Below are positions 1 to 10,581 of a DNA stretch of 64,000 bases, piece after piece. How positions within the stretch are numbered: the stretch's first letter is position 1; each line of letters begins with the position of its first letter. The notes beneath the pieces were generated by a model. That model had not been told where the DNA came from. It was given only the letters and a program-made list of their open reading frames with translations, and made no database searches. The position numbers and the translations under genes are program-made. Origin of the DNA: Cladosporium halotolerans (taxonomy: Eukaryota); NCBI RefSeq assembly GCF_011745625.1, contig NW_027191457.1, positions 496,001 to 560,000 of the forward strand. The letters are read 5' to 3'.

Positions 1-255
1 TCCGAACACCTTCACCGCATCGATCTCCTCCAAGCAGTCGCGCAGCCCGAGCTTTTCCAGCGCCTGCACGCCGCCGGGCTGCAGCAGCTCGCCGACGATC
101 CTGTCCGGCTCCCTCAACGACCGCTCCAGCACGATGACGCTGCGCCCTTGGTTTCCCAGCGCGACCGCCACCGCGCATCCCAGGATGCCCGCGCCCACGA
201 CGACGACGTCGGCCTCGTGGTGCTGCAGCCGGCGCTGCGCGTTCTTCTCGTCCAT
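1..255 (-). CDS. ERG1: Squalene epoxidase (5' part; continues beyond window start)
   Basis: Own translation from ATG at 255: MDEKNAQRRLQHHEADVVVVGAGILGCAVAVALGNQGRSVIVLERSLREPDRIVGELLQPGGVQALEKLGLRDCLEEIDA. It contains the FAD-binding GxGxxG and the EPDRIVGELLQPGG squalene epoxidase signature. Not in the ORF track. Confidence 0.93.
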   Translation of the reverse strand, partial: MDEKNAQRRLQHHEADVVVVGAGILGCAVAVALGNQGRSVIVLERSLREPDRIVGELLQPGGVQALEKLGLRDCLEEIDAVKVFG

Positions 256-405
256 TGTTTCCGAGAGTCTGGCAGATTCGTGGTGGATTTTCGCTCAATG
301 GCAGTTGTGTCCGGACCGGCGGTTTCGAGGTATCGGAAGTAATTTGTAGTAAGAAGAATTGCGTGCGCGGTGGTTTGGCGGCCGTTGGTGGTCGTGGGCG
401 ACGCA

Positions 406-415
406 ATCGTACGAG
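406..415. promoter_or_regulatory. Candidate sterol-regulatory (SREBP/SrbA- or Upc2-like) element ATCGTACGAG
   Basis: Palindromic core TCGTACGA about 150 bp upstream of the ERG1 ATG; resembles fungal sterol response elements. Confidence 0.35.
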
Positions 416-969
416 ATTCAGGGTGGGATTTCTTCGTGGCGTCGATCCAGGGACGGAATCCAGGGCTTCGAGATCGGACTTCGCCTTCTCTGGGGAGCGC
501 AGCGGGCCGCTGCCCGCCGAACAATGAATGGGATGGTAGGGAAGCATCATGGGTGGCGTCTTGGGACAAAAGACGGCGACGTCTTGCAAAGCGTAAACCT
601 TAGATGCAGCATATCGCAACGTCAGAGCACGAGAGCGCGTAGAACAGCCTCCCTGCGGTGCGAATAGAGCAGCATCGCCCGCACTGGCACGCGATGCTGC
701 TCGAGCAGCCAGACCAGACCAGACCAGACAAGCCACCTTACCCGCCAGTCGCCAAACCTAGCCAACAACCACAGAACGAAAACACCACCGCATGATCCCT
801 CCATGCAAAAGCCGCCGACACAGGCAAAAGATCCGGCACACGAGTTCATGCGCGCACACACGAGACCCTGCAGTGCGGCCGGACTGTCACTGCAGCCAAC
901 CGCTCAAAAGCCAGCCTCGCCACGTTGCAGAGCGCATGTTCGCTTGCGCGGAGATCGGCGCCCGCGATA

Positions 970-1158
970 CAGTATTGTCAAGCGAGGTGAGACGCCCACT
1001 ACGGAAACTAGTATTAATGCCAGCAGATCAGATCCAGTTTTGACCCAGCTAGAGAAGTTCTGACAATCGGGACACTTGGGGGACGTCCACTATTCTTCTA
1101 GCGTACGCGCGAAGCCTAGTAGCCGAACCAGGGCGTCTCACCTCGCTTGACAATACTG
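970..1158. mobile_element. MITE, Tc1/mariner-type, non-autonomous, 189 bp
   Basis: Perfect 28-bp terminal inverted repeats CAGTATTGTCAAGCGAGGTGAGACGCCC (970-997 and 1131-1158), flanked by TA (968-969, 1159-1160). TIR starts CAGT; no transposase inside. Confidence 0.88.
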
Positions 1159-4100
1159 TATTGCAGAATAATCGACGACGGAGAGGGTGATAGGCGCGGT
1201 GAGTGAGGGGAACGGGAATAGGTCAATTGGCCGCGCCGTATCTGCCGTCCCTTAGTGCCGCCGTCCCTGCGCGACGACGGCGAGGGGACAATAATGGTGA
1301 CATGTGTGTCGCAGATTCGGGTCGCCCGCAGGACCCCAGGCGTTCGTGTGCCCGCGGACGTATACCTGCTCCCTCTTATGTACAAGGTCTGCGGAGGCCA
1401 AATGGTTCAATGGGCGTGACAAGGGACAAGCGAGCCCCCGCGAGTCTGCGCCAACCGCCTCTCCTCGACTTCTATTGCTGTAGGCGAACGGCTACAGACA
1501 TACGCGGGCCGGCAGTAATCGCGCGCGAGACCTTCACGGCTACCACCCGCCCACGCTCAGGCGTGTCCTCATGCACGCGCCGCCGCATCGAGTCAAGCAG
1601 CGAACGAGTTCCCCGACTCCTTGTGCGCTTGGGCGTGGGACGCAGCGTAATCCTTGGGTGTCGTTTCACGGGATGGGCGGAGAGGGACTAAGGGCGCTAG
1701 GCCTCTGCGCTTCTCCACTCGCGGTGGTGTGCGGGATGTATGTAAGTACAGTACTGACGCGGTATGCGAGGCGTGTGCGACGTCTGGCTGAACCGCTGTA
1801 GCTTCCAGCTGCCTAAGTCACTGGACGGTCGTTTCTTTACGCTGGTGGAGAGGCGGAGTAGCGTGCGGACTAATAACAATAATAATGCGCCCGCTATACA
1901 TACAAAGCCGTACAACCATCCCACTCGCGAACCCCACTTTTCGACCGACGTTTCCGCGAGGAAAAAGTAGGCGTGTATCATCACGTACACCACCCCCTAC
2001 ACGATCGCGATGGAAGTAGACAGGCCGAAACGGAAGATACCGGCCGCTACATTCGTGCTAGCCAGGGCCTCGACTTCCCTACGCCACTCGGGGAGCAGGC
2101 CGCAAACGGACCCAGCACGCCGGTCACAGAGCCCACCTACCTAACCTAAGGTAACAGACCAGACCAGGTTTTCCCACCCTGCCTGTCTGCTCGTGTACTG
2201 AGTCAGCACTTACGCAGGCCGAAACATGGCCGACGCGGGGCCGTCTCCGAGAAGAAGGTTAGATAATGGCTCGCGGGAGCGGCATTTGAAGGAAGGCTGG
2301 GCGTCGCTTGTCTGGTAGATTAATATAACGCAGGGAGTCCTGTAGGCGGTCGAAACCGGTACTGTGAGGGAGTTAGAAGCTGGCACCGGGGAGCTTAGGT
2401 ACTCAGGCTGGCCCCCACGTTGGACCTGTGCGACGCTACCGGGCTGCCACGTCTGGGCCCCTACCGAAAGCCTGTAATATGGATCCGGCTGTTGGCTGAT
2501 GACAGCTGCGCTCGCACAGGGGGTGTTTCTGTTGAACGTGTGCAGTACATACCGCCGCCGCAAAAGGTTCGCTTGGAACGAGGCAGCCGTCTCTCCCTCT
2601 CGTCGTCGTTGCAGGTCTAGCGTGGCACTCCAGACGTGACGGAAGTCGGTCGCCTGCATTCCAACGACCAGTGCTTTGAAACCTGCCAAACCGGAACCTG
2701 GCCTGCGAGCCGTCCCTTTCGCCCGCGCGAGCCGCAGTCGCAGAAATGTATGTACAGCGATCAATCAATAGCGTGGCCGGGGGACCAATGGAGGGCGGGA
2801 GGGTGAGCACACGGGGACTTTTTTCGCGTCGCAGAAGCCCTAGCTGACGGGGGGAGCAAAGCGCAGCATCAACTGCCGGAAGAAGGCTCGCTTCCAGGAA
2901 GCGTGTATCGCGCGCTGAAACCTGTCCAACGGGATCTGGTGACACCCTTGACGAAAATGCAGAGACGAGGAAGCCGGGCGTGCAGGGCGCCCAGGCCGCA
3001 ATGCCGGCGCTATGGGATTCTTGACAGCTGAGGGCTGACTTAGCGGCTCAGCCGAAGGATCCAGAGCAGTTCGTAGCGGCGGCCAGGAGAGGGCAAACGG
3101 GCGCCTGGCGCGTCTGATCCTGTGTTGCTTCCATGGTGGTTTTAGCCGAGAAGGGGAGAAGAAGTGCCGTGTGTGCTCCGATGCGAAACCCGTCGTCGAA
3201 GGATGAGGATAGCGGGCACAAGCGCGGTCGGAAGTTCGTCGGGGTGTCGTCGCGAGGGTGGATTCGAGCGATGCACTATCCCTGCCTTCGCTGTCATCGT
3301 GCCTCGAGCCGGCGGTGCCTGCCTTTGATGCTGCGCGCGTGCGCGCGAGTCCTGAACGGTCGATCTGGACTGCGATGCGGCGTGGCCACCAGGCGTCCAG
3401 GCGGAGGGTGCTAGCCGCGAAAGCCTCGAGGAACTGAGATTAAAAAGGCGTCTGGTCCTTCGTACCGGGCTCGCGGAGCGCAGGCGACGTCGAAAACGGC
3501 TCTCTCGAACGTCGAGGTGTGATAACGATGCGCTTGCAGACCCAGACACCGTTGCGCGTCCCAAGGCGCTAGCACGCCTTCACCCCAGCTTTGTCGCGAC
3601 ATCGCGTATGGTCGTGCCTTACCGGAGGGGGCATGGGCGTCGACAGGACGGAGACAAGACGCACGTCGCCCGGAATGGACGGAGAGGGGCGAGGAGGAGG
3701 CCGGGAGCTAAGGCGAGACCGTTGCAGGCCAGGGCCGGCGCGCGCTGGAGCAAGGAACGGCTCAACGGCGGTCCGTCTCCAGCGACGTCTCCGTCTCCGA
3801 CGTCGTCCAGACGTGCCAGTGCGCGCGTTCGATCGCAAGGCCCAGGTCGCCGCGAGTCAGTCAGGGCGCGAGCGAAGTCGTTGCCGCTGCCGCCGCCGCA
3901 TGCTAAACAAGCCGGCGGAGGCCCAGGGGTTAGTCAGCCGGCCCGCACGCTTGGAGCAACATCGGCCGCGAACTGTTATGGCTGCAGAGGATGAGACATC
4001 GTGTCTCGCCTCGCGTATGCGGTTTTGCGTCGTCCGGGCGGACCTCGAGCTGCGGTGGACGATGGCGCTAGAGACGCGGCAATTGGCGTACGAGGTACGA

Positions 4101-5454
4101 CGGGGGCGGCGACGACAGTGATACCTTACCGTTTTTCCATCCTCCCCAGCACGGCTGGGCTCCACCCGAGCAGAAAGGCCAGCGGCTGTGGCGTTTTGAC
4201 CGCCGTTGTGACAGCACGTGGCAGCGCGCCCCGACTTCGTTCCGTTCTGGGCGCCGCGATGTCCCTTTCTCGCTTCGATGCCATTGGGATCTCACCAGCG
4301 TCGCCTGTGTGTATTGGCCCACATGCCTATATGCTGAGCCCGTTGAATGGCTAGTCGTCAGTCGGCGACGATCAGCGGTAAAAGGACGCGAGCAACATGC
4401 ATATTGTTCGAGCGCCGCGAGACATTTTAGCCGAGCGCGCCAACGTCTTCGCTGGCTCACGCACAAGCTCGAACCGTTAGACGTCAGTCGCGACGGCGCG
4501 AATGCACGCTCCGGATCTCGGGAGAAAAGAACGCTGGACGATACAAGGCTGCAGCAAACGCTCAGAGCTCGTACCTTATGCATGCCGCCAGGCGAGGATG
4601 TGTGGGACGAACCAGCGTTTGACCATGACGATGCGTCCATCTCGCATGAGGCACAGCGGTGAGGCAACCCTTGAGCGACAATCCCTCCGCGCGGAACCTG
4701 GACGTGCCGGTGCGCGGCAATATTCCACACATATGGTGTCCTGGCTGTACATATACGCATATGACATCTGTACCCTTCACACATGTACGTATCGAGATCG
4801 CGGACCCGCAATGGCTGCTAGCGGACGAACGACAGGGACGAGGTGAGGCAGGCCCGAGTCGCCGCCCTGCGCCCCGGCAGCCCGATCCCTGCTCGGGGCC
4901 TCGTTCGCTCTGGCGCTTGCTGCAGCGAAGGCCGCCGCCGGGCGAGTCCATCAGCACATAGCGGCATCGTCGTGTGATCCACCTCGCCGCTGAGCTTCCC
5001 CCGCAATGCAGCATGCGAGCACTATATGGCGTGCCAGTCATGCCTATGGGCCGCCAAGGTGTGACGGGGCGCGGCCGGGGTGTCTGCAGCTGGCGGCGCG
5101 CATGGGCGCACCAGCACTCCCAGAACCCGGTTCGAGCACCTGGGGATCAGCTGTCGGCGGTGAGGGCTGGGCCCGGCGCTGGGTTAGGCCGAGGGCAGGC
5201 GGCTGCGGTGCGCGTTGAGGCGTAGGCGCTGGAGGCACGCAAGCGGCGGCGTGCACGCCGTGTGCGAGGGCGAGGAGGGAGAGGCCGGTGCCAGGGGCAC
5301 ACCTCATGCCACGGTAGGGTACCTTACAGTACAGTACATACATGGCTCCAGGCGGGCGGTGGGCAGCACATACCTACCTACTGGGGAGAGACTGTGCGCC
5401 GCGCACACGAACACGTACGTTGCTGCTGCACACACGGGGCGCACACGGACGGGC

Positions 5455-5520
5455 AGAGAGAGACAGAGACAGACAGGCAGACACAAGCACAGGCACAGAC
5501 ACACACGGACACGCAGACTC
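5455..5520. repeat. Degenerate GA/GACA/CA low-complexity microsatellite
   Basis: agagagagacagagacagacaggcagacacaagcacaggcacagacacacacggacacgcagac. Confidence 0.7.
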
Positions 5521-5762
5521 GCCGACACGCAGGCGGAGGGCGGCCAGGGTGGCTGACGGCGCGGGCTGGTCGAGGGGTGCGGCGTGCGCTGCTGCTATCA
5601 GTCTGTCCAGGTGGTCGAGGTCACTACGGGGCTAGCGGCAGGCTGCTAGTGCATAGTGTCGCTGGGTATACAGTGCTAGCAGCTAGGTAGTATGTAGCAG
5701 CGAGACCGCACGCACCGCGCATCCAAGCCGGCGGGTCGAGGGCGCGGGCGTGGAGTTGGTGC

Positions 5763-5810
5763 TTGGGTGCTTGGGTGCGTGGGTGCGTGGGTGCGTGGGT
5801 GCGTGGGTGC
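5763..5810 (+). repeat. Tandem 8-mer (T/G)TGGGTGC x6, G-quadruplex-compatible
   Basis: ttgggtgc ttgggtgc gtgggtgc gtgggtgc gtgggtgc gtgggtgc. Confidence 0.85.
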
Positions 5811-6796
5811 AGCGGTGCAGCGGTGCCGCGCTGTGCAGAAGCGAGGCTTGGAGCCCGTCGGCGCGCTGGCGTCGTCCTCGTCGTCCCCGTCGTGCCCGTC
5901 CCTCGTCCGCCTCGTCGACTGATGCCCGGCGGCCAATGCACCCACCGCACCCTTGCGCCCGCCGTTATTCGTTACCGACTCTGCGCGCCCGCGCCGGGCA
6001 GCAGACCGCGTTTGGCCTGCTGCGCTGCGTCTGCAGAGCTAGGTAAGGTGGCCTGCGTGGAGCTGCGTTGCGGATCATGTACGTGCCTGGAAGCAGACAG
6101 GGCCTGCATGCTAGCGGCGCCGGTGGGCCATCGTTAAATAGGTGTGTGAACGGGAGCCTGCGGCCTCTGCCCTCGCCGACGACCACCGCCTGCGGTGCTC
6201 CTGTCCACCGCCAGAGACCGCCTGAGCGTCGCCCTCTGCCTTATCCTTGGGCCCGCCGCCATCTTCTGCGTCTTCCCATCGCTCCGTCGTCTGCGTCCGC
6301 CATCTCAGCCCGCCGTCCGCCGCCCTCGCGCCTGCATCGCCCGTTCCATTGTGTCTGCTGCCGTGCACCATCGCACTACCACCCACCCGGGCCTCCTCTC
6401 GGCCGCTCGTCCTCGCCGCGTGCTCTCGTTGTCGTGTCCGCCAGACTCGTGCCCGGCCGCCCTCGCCATCCGCTGCTGCTGTACTGCACCCGCTGCCCGC
6501 TCAATCCGCCCTGCCGGCGTCGACCCGGGACGCATATCAGATTCCTCACCGCACCAGCTGTGGCGTGCGGGAAAGCTTCTCCCGCATGCGTGTGCTATCA
6601 CGACGTGCATATCGGAACGACCAGGAAGTCACTCGCCCACCCTGGAAGGTTGGCTGCACGAATAGAAGCCGACCACGCTCCGGCTCACCACTCCAGCGGC
6701 TTATATTCTCAGACCGAGCAGTGACGTCCGGCCTTCCAGCGCTCCCTCACCACGCTCGCCGTCCCGCCACTGTGTGATTGTTGAGCAGAGCAATCG

Positions 6797-8248
6797 ATGT
6801 CCTGGCCGCAGGCCCCTTACGAGCCTCCGCACCAGCCCCGGCAACAGTCAGGCAACCCCAGCGCTGGCGACATGGCACAGATACAGCGTCCTCCCAGCTT
6901 CCCGAGCGCAGGCTTTCTCGGTCACTCTGACCAACGGCCTGTGCCTGGACCTCAGCTTCCGCCTCTGCTCGGGGTGCAGGCGCAGCAGCGCGGACCAGGC
7001 GCCTTCGCCCGATCAACGCAGCTCCCTCCCATGGAACCGTCACCAACGACGAACGATGCATCGAGACATCAAGGAAGCCGCGTCATCCCTGTTGCCCAAT
7101 TGCTGTCCAACAGTCCTCCATCGCCACAACGAGCAACATATAGACCGTCAGTATCTGGTCCAAGCCCACCAGCGGTGCACAGGTCTCCTCAGGAGGCGTA
7201 TCGCACATCTCCCAACGCCTTCTCAAATCAAAGGCCTCCTTACCATCCATCGATCCAACATCGCCTGGATCACCCACCACAGTACGCCGTCAACGTACAT
7301 CCACAGCATCCGGGACCAAACGGCCCTCATGGAATCCAATCACCCCAGCACTACGCCTCGCCCAAAGGCCAAAGTGAATCACAGTACAGTCCAGCACCGA
7401 CAAGCTACTCCACGCCAAGCTGCTACGACTCTCAGAGCGAGGTTTCGCCCACGACCTCATCAGCACCACCCAATGCATTCGGTCGCGTATCGCAAGTGCC
7501 ACCCCTGAATTATAACCTCACCATACGACAACAGCCCGCAGCAGCCAGAGCATGCGGCTTCGGCGAGCGTGACCGCCGCGTCATCGACCCGCCTCCCATC
7601 CTCGAGCTCAAAATCACCGACAAAGCAACCGGCAGCCCCGAATCAGACGGCAACAGCATGCTGGCCCTCCACTGCACCCTCCTCAACCCCTCCAACCAAG
7701 AAGACGAAACGCAAGCCCAGCCCATGGGCGCCGACATGCAATCCACGCGCCGCCTGATGGGCACGCTCGTCGCCAGCCCCTACCAAGCCAAAGACGAGCG
7801 CGACGTCGCGGGCACCTTCTTCGTCTTCCCGGACCTCAGCTGCCGCGCGCCCGGCCGCTACCGCCTGCACTTCAAGCTGCTGCGCATCGACCCCTGCAAC
7901 ATGCAGCAGGGCGCCGTCCACGGCACCGTCGCCAGCATCATCACCGACGTCTTCAGCGTCTACACCGCGAAGGACTTCCCGGGCATGCGGGCGTCGAGCG
8001 CGCTGCTCAAGGCGCTGCGCCGCCAGGGCTTGAACGTCGGCGTCAAGAAAGGCTCCGAGGCGCGCAGGGGCAAGAGCAAGATGAAGAAGGAAGATGCCAG
8101 CTCGTCGGATGAGGACGATAGCGATATTTCAGGCGACGAGCGTGGGGGCATGCGTATGATCGTTGACAGCAGGCCTGTGTCTGGCGGCGATTTGAGCGCG
8201 AAAGTAAATCGTGCGGGCGCGAAGAAGAAGAGGAGACGGGACTCTTGA
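6797..8248 (+). CDS. velC: Velvet-domain transcriptional regulator, VelC-like
   Basis: Long Pro/Gln/Ser-rich N-terminus, then the velvet domain (YNLTIRQQPAAARACGFGERDRRVIDPPPILEL...FFVFPDLSCRAPGRYRLHF...FSVYTAKDFPGM). Basic NLS-like tail KKKRRR. C-terminal position of the velvet domain matches VelC. Confidence 0.85.
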   Translation: MSWPQAPYEPPHQPRQQSGNPSAGDMAQIQRPPSFPSAGFLGHSDQRPVPGPQLPPLLGVQAQQRGPGAFARSTQLPPMEPSPTTNDASRHQGSRVIPVAQLLSNSPPSPQRATYRPSVSGPSPPAVHRSPQEAYRTSPNAFSNQRPPYHPSIQHRLDHPPQYAVNVHPQHPGPNGPHGIQSPQHYASPKGQSESQYSPAPTSYSTPSCYDSQSEVSPTTSSAPPNAFGRVSQVPPLNYNLTIRQQPAAARACGFGERDRRVIDPPPILELKITDKATGSPESDGNSMLALHCTLLNPSNQEDETQAQPMGADMQSTRRLMGTLVASPYQAKDERDVAGTFFVFPDLSCRAPGRYRLHFKLLRIDPCNMQQGAVHGTVASIITDVFSVYTAKDFPGMRASSALLKALRRQGLNVGVKKGSEARRGKSKMKKEDASSSDEDDSDISGDERGGMRMIVDSRPVSGGDLSAKVNRAGAKKKRRRDS

Positions 8249-8977
8249 AGCGAGTCCGTTTTTTTTAAGTCGCACGCGCTGGAATCTGCTCAGACGCGCC
8301 TTCCGTCGGGCGAGTGCGACGTTGCACACGATCCCTGGCTCGCGAGAATCCTCAGCCCGGATCACTCAGGACCGCCCCTCTCCGGATCGAAAACCACTCA
8401 ATGCCGCCATTTCCCTGCCCCAACCGATCAGCAGCATAGACACCATTTTCTTCCGATTTCTCCATATTTCGGCCCGCGCGCACCTTATGCGCCGAGACCA
8501 ACTTCCCTCGCTTAGACGGGTCGGCTGTCTGCCCCTGCGGAACTTCTTGTCGATGAGTGTGACGAACAGCATATAGTAGCTCTTCCATTTTCGGTCTATC
8601 CTACGTGGAGGCGGTGGGGTTGGGCCGAGCAGGCGGTGGAGGAGACGGCTTTCTGCTTGCCGGTTGTCGAGAGTATCTGTCAGGATTTTCTTGAGATTCT
8701 CGGATGGAAGATCTGATTTGCCGAGCTGAGCTGACTACGGTTTGAATCGATAGCGGAAGCGAAAGCGCTCTGGGTTTTCTCTTTTCTTTTGTTTTCTGTA
8801 GCATCACACACCTTGCCCACACGACGGTGGAGGGATACGAATGAATGATACCCAAAATTGAGATACAAGACTACCCTTCTTATCTGTTTCCGTGCACTCA
8901 ATCGAAAAAGCCTCAACGATTTAATCAAACAAACTTTTCAACCCTCCTGCGCGACCCCTCACTCTCCTCAGCCTCAC

Positions 8978-10068
8978 TCATTCGTGATCCCTGTGCTTCC
9001 CCCTCGAATCCTCCAGCCCCTCGTACAAATCCACGCCCCACGCCTTCCCCGGGTTATTGAACCGGTGATGGTACTCCGCCAGGTCGTCCACGCGCCCGAC
9101 ATCCTCGTCCGTCAGCTCGCAGCGCACCGCGCCGAAATTCTCCGCGATGCGCGCCGCGTGGCTGCTCTTGGGCAGCACGCTCGTGCCCCGGCGCAGACCC
9201 CAGGCCAGCGCGACCTGCGCGGGCGTGCAGTCGCGCCGCGCGCCGATGGATTCCAGGACTTTGTTGTGTAGTAGTTGGGGCGGCTCGCCCGGGGCGTATG
9301 TCGGGTTCGTGCCGGCGAAGGGCGAGTAGGCGGTCACGTGGATGCCGTGCTCGGCGTGCCAGGCGAGCCAGTCGCGCTGGGGCAGGTAGGGGTGGAGCTC
9401 CATCTGGTGGACGGCGGGCGGGTGGGTGGTGGCGTTGAGGACGGTTTGCAGCTGGTGCGGCGAGAAGTTGGAGACGCCGATGTGCCGGGTTTTGCCCTTG
9501 TGCACGAGCTCGGACATCGCGGCCCAGGTGGCGAGGTATTCGATTTTGTTGGCGCCGGTGAAGGAGGAGGTGGCGACGGGCCAGTGCATGTGGTAGAGGT
9601 CGAGGTGGGTGAGGTTTAGGTCGGCGAGGGCGGTGTCGATGGCGGGTTCGACGTTTTTGGGGCCGTGGCTTTGGGGGTGGGAGTTAGCTATGGATTCGGG
9701 TAAGGGGGTTTTGATGAAAGAAGGGCGTACTGGTCGTTCCAGAGCTTGCTGGTGATCCAGAGGTCTTCTCTTTTCAGGCCGGTTTTGGCGAGGCCGTCGG
9801 CGATGCCTTTGCCTACGAGATCTTGGTTCTTGTATGCTGCGGCGCAGTCGATGTGGCGGTAGCCTGCCTGGATGGCAGCTGAGACCGCTTCGGTGGCATT
9901 GCTACGGTCCAAGTTCCAGGTGCCAAAACCGAGCAATGGGATGGAGTCTAGGTTCAATGGCTCCGTTGGAGTCAAGATGGTGTTTGGTGAGATGGGGATC
10001 TGTGCGGCCGGGCCCTGCGACCACACGCCGACAACTGCCAATTGCAGCAAGGAAATGGAGATCTTCAT
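8978..10068 (-). CDS. Aldo-keto reductase with N-terminal signal-peptide-like segment; intron 9669-9730
   Basis: AKR motifs LGFGTW, GYRHIDCAAAY, LWITSKLWN, DLYHMHWP, IGVSNF, HQMELHPY, VLPKSS. A GTACGC...AAG intron restores the frame WNDHHGPKNVEPA. Confidence 0.92.
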
Positions 10069-10581
10069 CGCCAGATATTACTGTACAAAGAGAGACAAAA
10101 AAGAACGAAGATCACAGGAATATCACCCGCTCCTCCTCGATGCCTAACTCTGTGACTTCTCCACATCCTACGACCCCTTGTTTCGTCATCATCCTCGCGT
10201 GTTTGATCTAGACTTCGGCACACGCGGCACTCGAGCTCCAGGGATCGTGTTCCGGGCGGCGCCGGCTGACTGCATCTTGGTACAAAGCCATTGTTGCTTT
10301 GTTGTTGCGAGGATGCGGGCCATCGAGGCAGCCAGCGAGTGAAGTCGACGCGCTTGGGCTGGTGGCTCAGGCATGGCTCGCGTGCCTGCGAAGCGGTCAG
10401 CCTTGTATAGGTTGCGGCCCGCTTGGCCCCGCCTGCTGCCTCGCGGCGCAGCCAATCACGTCTGCCAACGCGAATTCTCGCGACGCCTACTTACAAACTT
10501 TTGGCACGCCCTTCTCTGCTTCTGTTCCCTCCCCCTCCCAACAGTGAGGTAGGCCACTGAAAGGTGCAAAATATCGCAACC

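Noticed and set aside
1203..6777. Many 60-250 aa ORFs in the ERG1-velC intergenic region
   Set aside because: They are overlapping, Arg/Ala/Pro-rich, often non-ATG-started ORFs typical of GC-rich non-coding DNA.
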